Shown piece after piece: positions 29,946 to 39,880 of a DNA stretch of 64,000 nt. Source of the stretch: a virus; IMG/VR virus record IMGVR_UViG_3300048834_000258, positions 9,568-73,567 of that record; one strand, 5' to 3'. The stretch's first letter is position 1. Each line of letters opens with the position of its first letter. The position numbers and the translations under genes are program-made. Below the pieces are notes generated by a model. It had not been told where the DNA came from. It made no database searches and worked only from the letters and a program-made list of their open reading frames with translations.

Positions 29946-30242
29946 CTATTCTTCCTCCTCCTCTTCAAAGGCTTCCGCCAGTTCACAAAGTCCCTTTAAG
30001 TTTAGCAGACCTGGCGGCTTCGCCGTAAGGGCGTAGAGTTCTTCCTTTACCATTCCATAAACCGCCAAAAGGTAGTCAGTTGTGATTTCCTCTTCCGCGA
30101 GTTGCTTTAGCAACAAAGTAGCTAGACGGAAGTTCTGTTCGGCTAGAGGCGCTAGCGCCAGCAGCTCTTTGGCTTCGAGCCAAGCAACTGAGCCGAAAAC
30201 AGGGCGCGAACGCGCCAGTTCGCGAGCTTCATTCAGTGTCAT
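29946..30242 (-). CDS. Hypothetical protein
   Basis: ATG 30242 with AAGGAAA RBS; acidic tail. Confidence 0.5.
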   Translation of the reverse strand: MTLNEARELARSRPVFGSVAWLEAKELLALAPLAEQNFRLATLLLKQLAEEEITTDYLLAVYGMVKEELYALTAKPPGLLNLKGLCELAEAFEEEEEE

Positions 30243-30522
30243 TGGTTTTCCTTTCTTCCGCCAAAGGCGGAATGTCCTTGACGCGGAGGGCGGCGAGGGA
30301 TTTAGCGGCGAGGCACTGACTGCAATCGCAGTCAGTGTTGATATACGGACAAACCCCCTCATCCTCAACGCGGTTCTCCTGTATGCCTATTAGTGCTTCC
30401 CGCATCGCCCGGCTGTCGGCTTCGATGGCGAGGGTGTAAGCACAAAGCAAATTTATGGTGTAGTGAGAGGGTAGCCGGACGGATTCCGTAGCCATGATTC
30501 CCTCAATGTCCGGTCGTTTCAT
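30229..30522 (-). CDS. Hypothetical protein
   Basis: ATGA coupling; CPY...CDCSQC. Confidence 0.5.
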   Translation of the reverse strand: MKRPDIEGIMATESVRLPSHYTINLLCAYTLAIEADSRAMREALIGIQENRVEDEGVCPYINTDCDCSQCLAAKSLAALRVKDIPPLAEERKTNDTE

Positions 30523-30857
30523 ACTTCCACCCCATTCGCCCTGAGCACACAAACCGTCAGTGCCCGTGCGGCATCTTGCGGCGTGCCGTCGTGAGGTTCG
30601 GAAAAAGCCCTATTCGGGGCCATCCATACGCGAGCCCAGTCCCTATCCATTTCCCAATTCCACAAGTCTTTCGCCCGCGCGAACTCCCAGGCTTGGGTGA
30701 GGTTGGAAACGGGAAGCCACGCACTTACGGAAACAGTAGGCCCGGCGGTGTCGTGCCAACAGGCGTAAGCGCCATCAGCCCAAGTCGCTACAGGCAATAG
30801 CCGCTTCTCCCACCCCATGTACTTCGCCGCTGCGGCGTTCAGTTGTTCGTTGGTCAT
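30519..30857 (-). CDS. Phage ABA-sandwich domain-like protein
   Basis: LNAAAAKYMGW...WLPVSNLTQAW...ARALTVCVL pattern. Confidence 0.6.
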   Translation of the reverse strand: MTNEQLNAAAAKYMGWEKRLLPVATWADGAYACWHDTAGPTVSVSAWLPVSNLTQAWEFARAKDLWNWEMDRDWARVWMAPNRAFSEPHDGTPQDAARALTVCVLRANGVEV

Positions 30858-31105
30858 GCAGTCCCCCTAGTCTTTAGATAGGCCACCACCTTATTGCGAA
30901 AGTCCTGTGTCGAATTCCTCAGCACCCAGCCAATCAATTCCTGAGCTTCCATCGGCGATAGATCAAAATCCTCGTCAATATCTTCCGACGATCCGGCAGA
31001 ATCGGTATAGCGATGGCCCGAGAACACGCTTACATGGACCGCCGTATCTTCCGTTAGCGGCTTGCCGCTGAGATCCGAGGTAATCACCTCAACTGTTTTT
31101 CTCAC
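30854..31105 (-). CDS. Hypothetical protein (Lsr2-dimerisation-like start)
   Basis: MRKTVEVITSDLSG...DFDLS. Confidence 0.45.
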   Translation of the reverse strand: MRKTVEVITSDLSGKPLTEDTAVHVSVFSGHRYTDSAGSSEDIDEDFDLSPMEAQELIGWVLRNSTQDFRNKVVAYLKTRGTA

Positions 31106-31566
31106 TCTGCACCTCCCTGTTCACTCTCCGCGTCTGTTCGCGTGGCGTGAACACGCGCCGGGTTGATTGCATCCAGCACCCTTGTGCCAATCTCTTCGCC
31201 GTCGGCGTTTTCGTATCCCGGCCAGTCCATGGGGTCTGGCATGATCAAAGACAGCGCGTGGAGGAGCCGCTCGCGATCCGCCCGCAGTTCGCGGATCTCG
31301 GCGATCAGGTTGGGAAGGGCATTACGGGCAGCGCAAATCAGGTCGCGGTTCGCCGGGTGATCTGTCCAATCGCAGAAATCGACTATTTGGCACACTAGCC
31401 GGGACGCCAAGCGTCTTCCAAAGTGGATAATTGGTTGTGCAATTTCCACGCGGTAAACCCTACGCTTTCCATACGGAGTTGCTTCATGGGCAAATTCCCT
31501 AGCCTCCCACGGTCCCGGCGTAGCTTCCACCAGCAGTCGCTCAAGTTCTTGTAGGTCAATCGGCAT
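31102..31566 (-). CDS. Ead/Ea22-like protein
   Basis: LERLLVEATPGPW...NRDLICAARNALPNLIAEIRELR. Confidence 0.75.
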   Translation of the reverse strand: MPIDLQELERLLVEATPGPWEAREFAHEATPYGKRRVYRVEIAQPIIHFGRRLASRLVCQIVDFCDWTDHPANRDLICAARNALPNLIAEIRELRADRERLLHALSLIMPDPMDWPGYENADGEEIGTRVLDAINPARVHATRTDAESEQGGAE

Positions 31567-31759
31567 TGTCTTCTCCCTTCCGCGCTACGCGAACGCCATT
31601 GTCCAGCTCCTCTTGTACCTGCGTTGGTGTCCACTGTGACCAACCGCACCGCTCGCCATTGATGCTGGCTTGCCACTTGTACACAACCTGCTCAAGGGTG
31701 AAGACGGACCCATCATCGTAGATGAGCCGGTCCCCCGGCTTCAGTTCACTTGCTTGCAT
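31556..31759 (-). CDS. Small hypothetical protein
   Basis: MQASELKPGDRL; RBS AAGGGAG. Confidence 0.5.
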   Translation of the reverse strand: MQASELKPGDRLIYDDGSVFTLEQVVYKWQASINGERCGWSQWTPTQVQEELDNGVRVARKGEDNAD

Positions 31760-31926
31760 CGGATTCTCCCTTCTCGATCTGCACCAGTTCGTAGCCGTCG
31801 AGGGCCTGTTGCCATAGCGGGTGGATGTCACACATATTGCTCTTGTGGCGCACCGCCCAGTGCTGATTGCACCATCCGCGAGCAGCCCCGAGAAAATTCC
31901 ACTTCGGGCACATCTCGCACCGGATG

Positions 31927-32295
31927 TCAGAGAGTTTCATCGCCTTCTCCCTTCGGCGGCGCGGGCAGGGGCATCCAGTGGGTAGGCATCGGGTCGTCGT
32001 CCACATAACCAAGCCAACCCTCATCACACTGCCCCAGATACACCTCTTCATCGATGGTCCAGCCGTAGGCGTCCGCGTCCACGTTGTACTCCCACTTAGC
32101 AACCGGGGCGCAATGCCAGCCTTCGCGCCAGATGAAAATTTCGGTCCCATCCTTCGGGGCCGTCTCAATCGGCTTCCACTCCGTCTCTTCGAGCAGTTGG
32201 CGGAGGGCTAATCCGCATTCGCTGGCCCAAGCAAGCGGGTCAGCGGCCATCCTGTCCTCGTTCGTCACCAACTCCCGCATCTCATCTCGCGTCAT
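31927..32295 (-). CDS. DUF551-like protein
   Basis: WKPIETAPKDGTEI...PTHWMPLPAPP. Confidence 0.75.
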   Translation of the reverse strand: MTRDEMRELVTNEDRMAADPLAWASECGLALRQLLEETEWKPIETAPKDGTEIFIWREGWHCAPVAKWEYNVDADAYGWTIDEEVYLGQCDEGWLGYVDDDPMPTHWMPLPAPPKGEGDETL

Positions 32296-32536
32296 CGCTT
32301 CTCCCTCCATTCCCGTGCAGCCGCCAGCATGACGCCCGCCAGTTCATCCGCTTCCTTGGCCGTGCGGCAAAGAATGGGGGAGCGATGTGGCCTATTCCGT
32401 TCGAAATAGGCTTGGTACCAGTAAAGTTTTGCCCACCGCCCCCCCCTTTGCAGATCCGGCGCAACTCGTGGGTAGTACATCTCGTCGCCGTCCTGCGCCT
32501 CCCCCGTCTCAAGGAACTTCGCCCATTGCTTCGGTG

Positions 32537-32830
32537 TCATGATGCCTCGCTTTCTTCGTCGTCCTCCCAATCGTCTTCATCTTCTAGTGCCCGCACTTCA
32601 CGCTCAATACAAGGCAGGCAGCAATAATACCGCCCGAACTCCCCATCCACCAATGCTGAGTCACAAACAACTTTCGTTCCGGCAGGAATGGAATGCCCAC
32701 ATTCGGGGCCGGGGACCATGCAATCGTGCGGTTTTCTGGTTATTACCAGTTTTATCGACCTGCACTGAATGTCGGTATCGCGGTCTTCGAATATGAGATA
32801 CGGAGCATCCAGATATTCCGCGTCTGTCAT
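32537..32830 (-). CDS. Zn-binding hypothetical protein
   Basis: TRKPHDC...CGHSIPAG...YCCLPC. Confidence 0.6.
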   Translation of the reverse strand: MTDAEYLDAPYLIFEDRDTDIQCRSIKLVITRKPHDCMVPGPECGHSIPAGTKVVCDSALVDGEFGRYYCCLPCIEREVRALEDEDDWEDDEESEAS

Positions 32831-33205
32831 TTCGCCTCACCCTCCTTGATCTTCGCAACCACCGCATCCACCACTTCCGACAGGTCGATCTCGCCAAGGT
32901 CGGTGATGACATCAGCGCCCATAAAGTCCACTTGCGCCTCCGGCATCTTGCTGGCCACCACGAACCGCACGTCATCTGATCCATAGCGATACTTCCGCCG
33001 GACTCGGTACAGGTTGAATGTCATACGCCCTCCGGGTTTCGTCGCCCTGCTCTGCATGTCTCTCCTTTGCCGCTACGTTGCCGCAAAATCGCACGTTTGA
33101 CGCCGATTTGCCGCATCTCCTTTGCTGCTAAGTCGTTGATTCCCCGTTCGCCCGGTCTGTAAGTCATTGACCAAAAGGCGGGCATGCCATAATCGCAATT
33201 TGCCT

Positions 33206-33706
33206 CTATGCCCCATTTAGCGGGGGTTCTGGCGATGTTTGCCGCTCAGTTGACGCAGTTGCGTCGATGGACTTTACCGTCATGGGGTGCGTAATTTCCA
33301 ACCGCAGCGCGGCGTCGCGCACCTGCTGCATGTCTTCGCCGTATCCCCACAGGTCGCCACGGCAATACTCGGCTGGCCATGGCCCGAAGTGCCAAGCATG
33401 GAGCCGCTTGCCGGTCATGATGTAATCACGGAGGCTGCACACCAGCGACCGTAGGGTGCCGCCTTCGCTGAACCCTCGTTTCCAGTAATCGTAGTGAAGA
33501 TAGATCCGCTTCTGGGTGTACTTGTCGATGAACCACACCCGCCCGCGATCATCCACCTCCAGCCGGCTCACTCGCGGGTTCTCCATTCGCTCCAGTCGAT
33601 CCGCATCCTCGCTGAAGAACCGGCGTCCGCAACTGGCGATCACTCGCAATAGCTCATTAGCGCGTTCGCATCGTTCTCGTTTAGTGTCAATCTTGGTGCC
33701 CATCAC
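33206..33706 (-). CDS. Conserved hypothetical phage protein
   Basis: GRRFF...GFSEGGTLRSLV...WGYG motif set. Confidence 0.7.
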   Translation of the reverse strand: MMGTKIDTKRERCERANELLRVIASCGRRFFSEDADRLERMENPRVSRLEVDDRGRVWFIDKYTQKRIYLHYDYWKRGFSEGGTLRSLVCSLRDYIMTGKRLHAWHFGPWPAEYCRGDLWGYGEDMQQVRDAALRLEITHPMTVKSIDATASTERQTSPEPPLNGA

Positions 33707-34479
33707 TCTCCCCCTTCGCCGGTTGACGGCCGCCCAGTTGCCGGGGCTTTCGACCGATTGAGCCGATCTATCTCGGCAGCAATCAGTGCCCCCGCTTTGA
33801 CAAGATTTCGTACCGGATCTGGGTCAGGCTTCCACCAGCGCGCCTCCCACGGCCACGGGTGCAGCCACTTGCGAATCCAACCAAATTCTGACTCGACGGT
33901 GACCTTCGCCTTTATTGGAAGTTGCGCTGCGTGAGCGATGTAGGAAATTGCAGCCGCTGCGAGTTCTCCGTACAGATGCTGGTCATCGTGATCGTGGGTC
34001 CAGCCTTCTTTTTCAATCTGCCGCCACCGTTCAGCGATAATTAACTCTGCTCCCGTCATCACCCCCCCCTCCGCCTCGCTGGGCTTCTGTGTCTTCTTGG
34101 CGGCCTCCGCGTCCAGGGCGGCGAGTTTGGCTAGCCATTCCTTCGCCCACCGTGTTAAAATGATGACTTTCCCTTTGTCTTCGTCCACTACCGTGGGGGC
34201 TTCCAAAAGTCTGAGCATGACCTCCAGCACCTTTCGCCGCTCGTCGGCACGGATCCTCTGCTCGTAGGCTTCGGCGGCTTCCGCTGTACCGTTCAGCGCC
34301 TTGAGTGCGGCAACGCCCTCATCGCTTTCCAGATCAATCGCCAAGCCACCATCCTCGTACCACTTGTCGCTCTCTTCGATCTTGCGGTACAGGTCGGATA
34401 AGGCATCTCGCACAACGGCCAGCGCCGCCACCTGGGCCTCTGCCGCTTCAGCGCGGGCCTTCCAGTCGATGTCACTCAT
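33703..34479 (-). CDS. Two-domain phage protein (C-terminal AERxRQ...EGW...HDD...WPW...[17 protein letters not shown] domain)
   Basis: Motif typical of temperate-phage accessory proteins; internal ATG at 34059 after a G8 tract. Confidence 0.7.
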   Translation of the reverse strand: MSDIDWKARAEAAEAQVAALAVVRDALSDLYRKIEESDKWYEDGGLAIDLESDEGVAALKALNGTAEAAEAYEQRIRADERRKVLEVMLRLLEAPTVVDEDKGKVIILTRWAKEWLAKLAALDAEAAKKTQKPSEAEGGVMTGAELIIAERWRQIEKEGWTHDHDDQHLYGELAAAAISYIAHAAQLPIKAKVTVESEFGWIRKWLHPWPWEARWWKPDPDPVRNLVKAGALIAAEIDRLNRSKAPATGRPSTGEGGE

Positions 34480-34970
34480 TGGGGGCCTCCTTTCGGCAGC
34501 GCAGCCAGGCGCGCCGCCACGAACTCAATCCACGCGCCGTACTCGGCTGTTTCCGCGTCGGTGTAGCCTTCCTTCCGCCCAACCGCCGCGTAATGTTCCC
34601 GCCACCACTCGACCGTCTCGGTCATGCAGCCAATTGAGATCTTTCCGTCGTGGACAATCGCAGCGTGGCGCGACAGGCCAAAGTGCCATGGAGCGCCTAC
34701 CGCTGACGCCACAGCCGCATTGTTCCATCGCGCCCCGCTCAGGTCGGCCCCGCTCAGGTCGGCCCAGCGCAAGTCGGCCTCGCGCAGGTCGGCCCCGCTC
34801 AGGTCGGCCCCGCTCAGGTCGGCCCAGCGCAAGTCGGCCTCGCGCAGGTCGGCCCCGCGCAAGTTAGCCTCACTCAAGTTGGCCCAACTCAGGTTGGCTC
34901 CGCTGGCCACCGCGTCCGCTACGCTGGCGTATTCGCCTATTTCCGTTCCGTCTCGTCTATAGATTTTCAT
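34476..34970 (-). CDS. Pentapeptide-repeat protein
   Basis: A(D/N)Lxx repeats; 60-bp tandem duplication around 34732-34856. Confidence 0.9.
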   Translation of the reverse strand: MKIYRRDGTEIGEYASVADAVASGANLSWANLSEANLRGADLREADLRWADLSGADLSGADLREADLRWADLSGADLSGARWNNAAVASAVGAPWHFGLSRHAAIVHDGKISIGCMTETVEWWREHYAAVGRKEGYTDAETAEYGAWIEFVAARLAALPKGGPQ

Positions 34971-35146
34971 TACTCCTCCCTCCCTAGCGCAAATTTGGCC
35001 ACTTGCGCCATAAACACCGGGTCTCTCTTGGCCGCGATTCGCTCCAGCGCCGCACGCAGTCGGGCGTTGTCCGCTTCGAGTGCTTCGACACGCTCATGGT
35101 ATTCGAACAGCATTTCGCTAGTCGCTTTCGTGTTCATCTCAACCTC

Positions 35147-35773
35147 CTAGTAAACAATGCCTTTGGGCGCGAAGTGCGCGGCTGTTACCAGTGTACCGAG
35201 ATTGAGCGTGTCAATCAAGGTCACGGAGCCATTTAGGTCGCGAAGTCGCTCGAAATCCAGGCGAAGCCTGACCTGCTGATAGGGGCCGACGATAGTTTCA
35301 GAACGAAACACCTCAACGCCATTGCGTTCGCGGTAGATCGCCGCTACGCTGACTGGCGTTTCGCCAGTGTTCACGAACACAATCTCCGTGTCCGCGTTCA
35401 GTTCGAACCACGGAAGGGTCCGCTTCGCGCTCGGCTTCTGCGTGCGCAGAACGCCTTTGTCCGTTAGGACAAAGATGCGTGGAGAGCCAAAGGGCGATAC
35501 GTTGACAGCCCAGTAGGTGCCCGGTTCAGCGAACGTGAAGCACGCGATTGCTTGCGGGACGAGTCCGCCCAAGAGGGCGGCTTGCCGTCCAAAGGCTTTG
35601 AAAGAAGGTTGTGTCGGGGAGCCGAGAGGCTCCCGGAACTGGATGTTGTAGCCGACAGTTTCATCGGAATCATTGAGGATGCAGAGTTGCGTGCCAGGAG
35701 TCGCGTCAACGACGGGGAGCACCTGGGCGCTAAGCGCAAAACAAAGTGTCAAAAGTGTGAATGTGAGTTTCAT
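35147..35773 (-). CDS. Secreted beta-sandwich protein
   Basis: Signal peptide MKLTFTLLTLCFALSA-Q; RBS AAGGAAA. Confidence 0.65.
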   Translation of the reverse strand: MKLTFTLLTLCFALSAQVLPVVDATPGTQLCILNDSDETVGYNIQFREPLGSPTQPSFKAFGRQAALLGGLVPQAIACFTFAEPGTYWAVNVSPFGSPRIFVLTDKGVLRTQKPSAKRTLPWFELNADTEIVFVNTGETPVSVAAIYRERNGVEVFRSETIVGPYQQVRLRLDFERLRDLNGSVTLIDTLNLGTLVTAAHFAPKGIVY

Positions 35774-35803
35774 TGTCTTTTCCTTTGGAGGGGCCAAAGG
35801 CCC

Positions 35804-36253
35804 CTAGCAGATTTCGTAGCCCTCGTAGGTACAAGTGAAGAACAGCGTCTCTCCCTTGCAATGGTATGCGAAGTGGTGCGGCCCGGACACGTCAAATGAC
35901 AGATCGTCGCAGATCTCGACAATGGGCGCAATGTCGGTGAAAACAGTCTTGGCTGCGCTAATCGCACGGTCTTTCTCCGAGACAGCCTTCGCGTTGTTGG
36001 GAAAACCATCGTAGAGGAAATCGACGGGGCAATAGCCACGGATTTCGATGGTCACGTCGCAGCACTCGGGCGAGCCGTAGCAATCAACCGAGGTTTCGGC
36101 GGAAGGCCCGCGCCCTTTGACGCGCGGATAGTGGAAACCCTGGACTACATCGTAGTCGAGGCCGCACTTGGATTCGGCCAGTTGTTCTTGGATTCGTTTT
36201 GCTTCGAGTTGCGTCCGTTGAAGTTTTTCGAGTAGTGTTAGTGTCGTTGCCAT
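35804..36253 (-). CDS. Hypothetical protein, leaderless
   Basis: TTGCAC-17-TATAGT promoter, then 6 nt and ATG. Confidence 0.65.
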   Translation of the reverse strand: MATTLTLLEKLQRTQLEAKRIQEQLAESKCGLDYDVVQGFHYPRVKGRGPSAETSVDCYGSPECCDVTIEIRGYCPVDFLYDGFPNNAKAVSEKDRAISAAKTVFTDIAPIVEICDDLSFDVSGPHHFAYHCKGETLFFTCTYEGYEIC

Positions 36254-36316
36254 GTCTCAACTATAACGGCTTTGCGAAGCAAGTGCAAGAGAAAAATGCG
36301 CTTAGCGCAAAAAATC

Positions 36317-36814
36317 TTACAAACCAAGTTTGGCAAACGCTTCTTCGAGCGGAAGTGGTTTGTAATCATGCAGTTCCACACAAACGCAAAGGGAGTATTT
36401 GCCGAAGGGTTTGTGGGGAGTGTTGTGAACGTGTCCATAAAACAGCCCAAAGTTGGGGTTGACCTTAGGAAGGTTGGGCCGGTGTTGGGCTACTACCGGG
36501 CGCTTGCGAGTTGAGAACACATACCGATCTACTACAGATGTAAAACCCGCTTTGAGCAGAAAGTCCGCAGGTCGATCATGGTTGCCGCGCACCAGGAAGA
36601 TGCGCCCATTAAGACACTCGCGGTACTTCGCCACATTTTCGGCCTTGCCCAGGGCAAAATCGCCCAGGTGATAGACCCAATCTTCCGGCCTTACTACGGA
36701 GTTCCAGTTGGCGATGAGGGTTTCGTCCATCTCCTCAACGGAAGAAAAAGGGCGCTGACAGTACTTGATGATATTGGTGTGCCCAAAATGGGTGTCGGAA
36801 ATGATGAAGTCCAT
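36317..36814 (-). CDS. Metallophosphoesterase
   Basis: SDTHFGH, HLGDF, RGNHD, GHVH; leaderless ATG 6 nt after TATACT. Confidence 0.9.
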   Translation of the reverse strand: MDFIISDTHFGHTNIIKYCQRPFSSVEEMDETLIANWNSVVRPEDWVYHLGDFALGKAENVAKYRECLNGRIFLVRGNHDRPADFLLKAGFTSVVDRYVFSTRKRPVVAQHRPNLPKVNPNFGLFYGHVHNTPHKPFGKYSLCVCVELHDYKPLPLEEAFAKLGL

Positions 36815-36841
36815 AAACGCAGTATAACGCAATCAAAACGC

Positions 36842-36912
36842 AAAAGGAAAACGGCGGAACCGCTCTCACGGAATCCGCCGCTCTCCGGGTGGTTGCACTA
36901 CTATTCTACCAC
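36842..36912 (-). ncRNA. Promoter + short RNA unit E4 (variant)
   Basis: TGGTAGAAT AGTAGT GCAACCACCC...GGCGGA TT CCG TGAGAG CGG T TCCGCC GTTTTCCTTTTGCG. Confidence 0.45.
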
Positions 36913-37087
36913 GGCTTCGCCACCGAAGGTGGTACGAAGAGTGGGAACAAAGACTTTTTCTAGGATTTGAGTGAAAGCCCAGGTGACTGATTTGTCGCCG
37001 AAGTGAGGGGCGATAGCCCCTCCGACATTGGGGCGTTTCCGCCCCGCTAGGGCCGGGTCATGAGCGGTAGCTTGGAAGGAAGGCGTT

Positions 37088-37567
37088 TCACTCATGGGCT
37101 TCGCCCTCTTCCGCTTCGGAAGGCTCCTCGAACTCGGCGGTGATGATTTCGCCTTTGGCTTCGTAGCCGGTGAAGTCGAGCACTTCTGCCAGGAGTGTTT
37201 CGCGCTCTTTGAGAAGCGCGATGTTGATGTTGATCTTCTCGGAAGGTGCCCAGCCGACTTCCTTCTTCTTCGCGAGCAGTTCAGCGGCTTTTAACTGGTC
37301 GCTAGCGCGATCAGCAGTCAACATTGTTTCGACCGCTTTAGCGGTCAGAAGGCGGTTAATCTGTTCGTTGGAGAGGTCCTGCTGGCGCAGAAGGCGTTGG
37401 ATCTCAGCCTGCACAGGCGTGCTCTCCAGCGAAGCTGGGTTGCCCAGGGCGATAGCCGCTTCGCTTTGCGAAAGCCCTTGGCCTACGGTCAGGTCAACGA
37501 ATTGCTTCGCGATTGCTTTACTCTCCGTCCGTACTTGGCTTAGGCTCTTCGGCTTCTGTATCCGCAT
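37088..37567 (-). CDS. Terminase small subunit-like protein
   Basis: HTH-like GLSQSEAAIAL, PVQAEI, DQLKAAELLAK, ININI and acidic tail. Confidence 0.5.
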   Translation of the reverse strand: MRIQKPKSLSQVRTESKAIAKQFVDLTVGQGLSQSEAAIALGNPASLESTPVQAEIQRLLRQQDLSNEQINRLLTAKAVETMLTADRASDQLKAAELLAKKKEVGWAPSEKININIALLKERETLLAEVLDFTGYEAKGEIITAEFEEPSEAEEGEAHE

Positions 37568-37971
37568 AGAATAGGCCCCCTCCTTCGATTATACTAATGC
37601 ACTCGATCAGTTCGCCTACGGCCTTTAGAATCTCCTGGATAGAGCGAAGCTCTGGTTGCGTAGCAACTGTGAGGGCAATGCCGCGTGGTCCCATTTTGAG
37701 GGTGACGTATTCACCTCGGTAAACATTTACGTTGAAAGTGTAGTCCTTGTAGGCTTGTTCCATCATTTGCCGAGTATCTCCGGGTCATACAGACAGTGGG
37801 CTTTCGCAGTAAAGCTGCGCCAATCTCGTAATAGGTCTTTGTGCTGACCTGTTCGCATTGTGTTGTTCCAGTCACTAATACTGGAGACATAGGTGACACT
37901 GGAAGCGTCAGCTTCCAGCACTTCGCGGATCTCAGACGAGTCCGACCAGACTTGGCCCTTCTTTGGTTCCA

Positions 37972-38355
37972 TTATTCCTCCCAAGGTGGGGTTTCCACCA
38001 TTGCAATTTCTTCTGCTGTCGCAGACGGCGCATAGCGTGGTACGCGCTTCCGTCCGGGGGTTTTGCGCCCCTTGGGCGGCTTGTAGTAGAGCTTTTTGCC
38101 GTACTGCATTTCGAGCAGGTCTGTCATCTCCAACAAAAGGCCCATAGGTGTCTCTACCATAGGGAAGTAGCGATGGCCCGCTTTCCGAGACGGAGGCAAC
38201 ACCTCCAGTTTTCCTTTGGCAGTACGCCGAGCTAGGTAGCCAGGGACTAGAAAAACTTCTCCCGAAGGGAGAGGGATGACTAGTGTGAAGCGAAGACCTT
38301 TGCCGGTCTTCAGGTCCACGTAGTCAACGTCGCGTAGATGCGGTTCGGTGGCCAT
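37972..38355 (-). CDS. SpoVG-like nucleic-acid-binding protein
   Basis: FLVPGY...LEVLPPSRK..HRYFPMV resembles the SpoVG VxxPSRK...Y pattern. Confidence 0.4.
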   Translation of the reverse strand: MATEPHLRDVDYVDLKTGKGLRFTLVIPLPSGEVFLVPGYLARRTAKGKLEVLPPSRKAGHRYFPMVETPMGLLLEMTDLLEMQYGKKLYYKPPKGRKTPGRKRVPRYAPSATAEEIAMVETPPWEE

Positions 38356-38634
38356 TTAGAGAATCTCCGCTTTTTGGGGACTTTCTGGCGATAGCCGGTC
38401 GTTGCTAGAATGCGTCACGTGCGCATTTTCAGCCTCCTGGTGAAGCCGGGAGAGCACTTTTTGATTAGCCGGGTTCTGGAGCAGAATTGCTAGTTCCTCG
38501 GAAGTAATAAAAACTCCCTTCAAGGGGCTTCTCCAGTGTTTCGTCCGGCATTTGGCAGAGCAGTAGTGATGCCAAGGTCGAGTCGCTTCGAAAAGATCGC
38601 CGCATTGCATACAGTTGCGAAAATCGCTCATCAA
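38356..38634 (-). CDS. Zinc-finger protein
   Basis: CMQCGDLF...YCSAKCR. Confidence 0.7.
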   Translation of the reverse strand: MMSDFRNCMQCGDLFEATRPWHHYCSAKCRTKHWRSPLKGVFITSEELAILLQNPANQKVLSRLHQEAENAHVTHSSNDRLSPESPQKAEIL

Positions 38635-39347
38635 TCCTCCAACTCTTCCAAGAAAAGCCGCACCTCATCCACCGAAAGTTTGAACTGCTCGACCGCTTCC
38701 TTTGATAGAAGCGTTTGGGAATGGGACAAGAGCCGGAACTCTTTGGCCCCTTCATCGTGGAGACAGATGAGATCCCCGTAGTCTGCTGAGTGATCTTCCG
38801 CCAGCACTTTAGTAAACCAGCGAAGATGTCCCGAAAGAGGCTTCCCCTTATCGTCCGCGAGAAAACATCGTTGAAAGAACCGATGCAGCCGTTGGACGGG
38901 AACATCTTCAACGAAGTTCGTTTTCTTGCGAGGCAGTCCTCTATCGGTAATTCGGTTGATGGAGGATGCCCACCGCGCAGCGGTGTAGTTTTCCTCGAAC
39001 ATACCATCTTCGTCCACCAGATGGGAGTAAACCTCCCCTATGCGCTTTTCCCAATCGGCCAAGGCCGATTGCCACGAATGCGGGATGTAGTCAAACGCTA
39101 GCCCATCTGCCGACAGGCAGACATGTTCAAAGAGCGCCTGCGCTCCGCTAGGAGCCGTCAGAATGAGGTTGTGCTTCATCGCGGCTCTGCCACGCAGAGC
39201 GGGGTCTTCATCGAAAAGCCCTTCTAGCCACATGAAAGCCCCCAGTTCGAAGGTCCAGTCGTCTAGCGAAGCTAAGTAGGTCCGCTCTTTGCGCGGTACT
39301 CGCACCGTGTAGGTGCCTTTCGAAAGGTCAATCGTTGTTAGGTCCAT
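38631..39347 (-). CDS. Hypothetical protein
   Basis: ATG 39347 with AAGGA RBS; 238 aa. Confidence 0.6.
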   Translation of the reverse strand: MDLTTIDLSKGTYTVRVPRKERTYLASLDDWTFELGAFMWLEGLFDEDPALRGRAAMKHNLILTAPSGAQALFEHVCLSADGLAFDYIPHSWQSALADWEKRIGEVYSHLVDEDGMFEENYTAARWASSINRITDRGLPRKKTNFVEDVPVQRLHRFFQRCFLADDKGKPLSGHLRWFTKVLAEDHSADYGDLICLHDEGAKEFRLLSHSQTLLSKEAVEQFKLSVDEVRLFLEELED

Positions 39348-39660
39348 TAGAGCGTCCTTTCTCGGATATCTCCGGTAACGGCCACCAGTAGATAGGCTCT
39401 CGGATTTCGTCTGTGCAAAAGCCCGCATCTTCATGCCAAGCGCAGACCGAGAAGAAAGGTGATAGCCCACAGCCCTTCAGGTCCACTGAGTAGGCGAGAA
39501 ACGGTGTACCGTCCGTAGGCGCGGTCTCCATGCTGTGAGGTTCTAACCTATCTAGCAACTCGCCTACCACACTAGCCAGAAGCCTAGCAGCGGTGGTATC
39601 CACTGAAGGGAAACCATTCCAGTAATCGGACAAGATAGAGCGGGCGCGTTCAGTAGTCAT
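39328..39660 (-). CDS. DUF551-like protein
   Basis: METAPTDGTPFL...PIYWWPLP; RBS GGAGGAG. Confidence 0.6.
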   Translation of the reverse strand: MTTERARSILSDYWNGFPSVDTTAARLLASVVGELLDRLEPHSMETAPTDGTPFLAYSVDLKGCGLSPFFSVCAWHEDAGFCTDEIREPIYWWPLPEISEKGRSNGPNND

Positions 39661-39661
39661 C

Positions 39662-39880
39662 CTAAAACTCCTCCTCCGCCGACGGGGGAGCAAACTCCGT
39701 CTTAAGCCATTCCGACCGCTTAGCCGCTTCGTTGAGCGGAGCGTTCAGCCGTTGGTTTATTTCGTGGCGGTGTTCGAGGTAATCGATCCACGCAATCACG
39801 TCCTTGGCGGTGAGCGGGTCCAGACCGGCACCCGAGCGCAGGACGTGATAAACCCATTGCTGCTCAAACGGTCTCTTCAC
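39662..39880 (-). CDS. Hypothetical protein
   Basis: GTG start with RBS, coupled within the operon. Confidence 0.5.
   Translation of the reverse strand: MKRPFEQQWVYHVLRSGAGLDPLTAKDVIAWIDYLEHRHEINQRLNAPLNEAAKRSEWLKTEFAPPSAEEEF

Noticed and set aside
34730-34900. Tandem 15/60-bp repeats as CRISPR or VNTR
   Set aside because: They are in-frame codons of the pentapeptide-repeat protein
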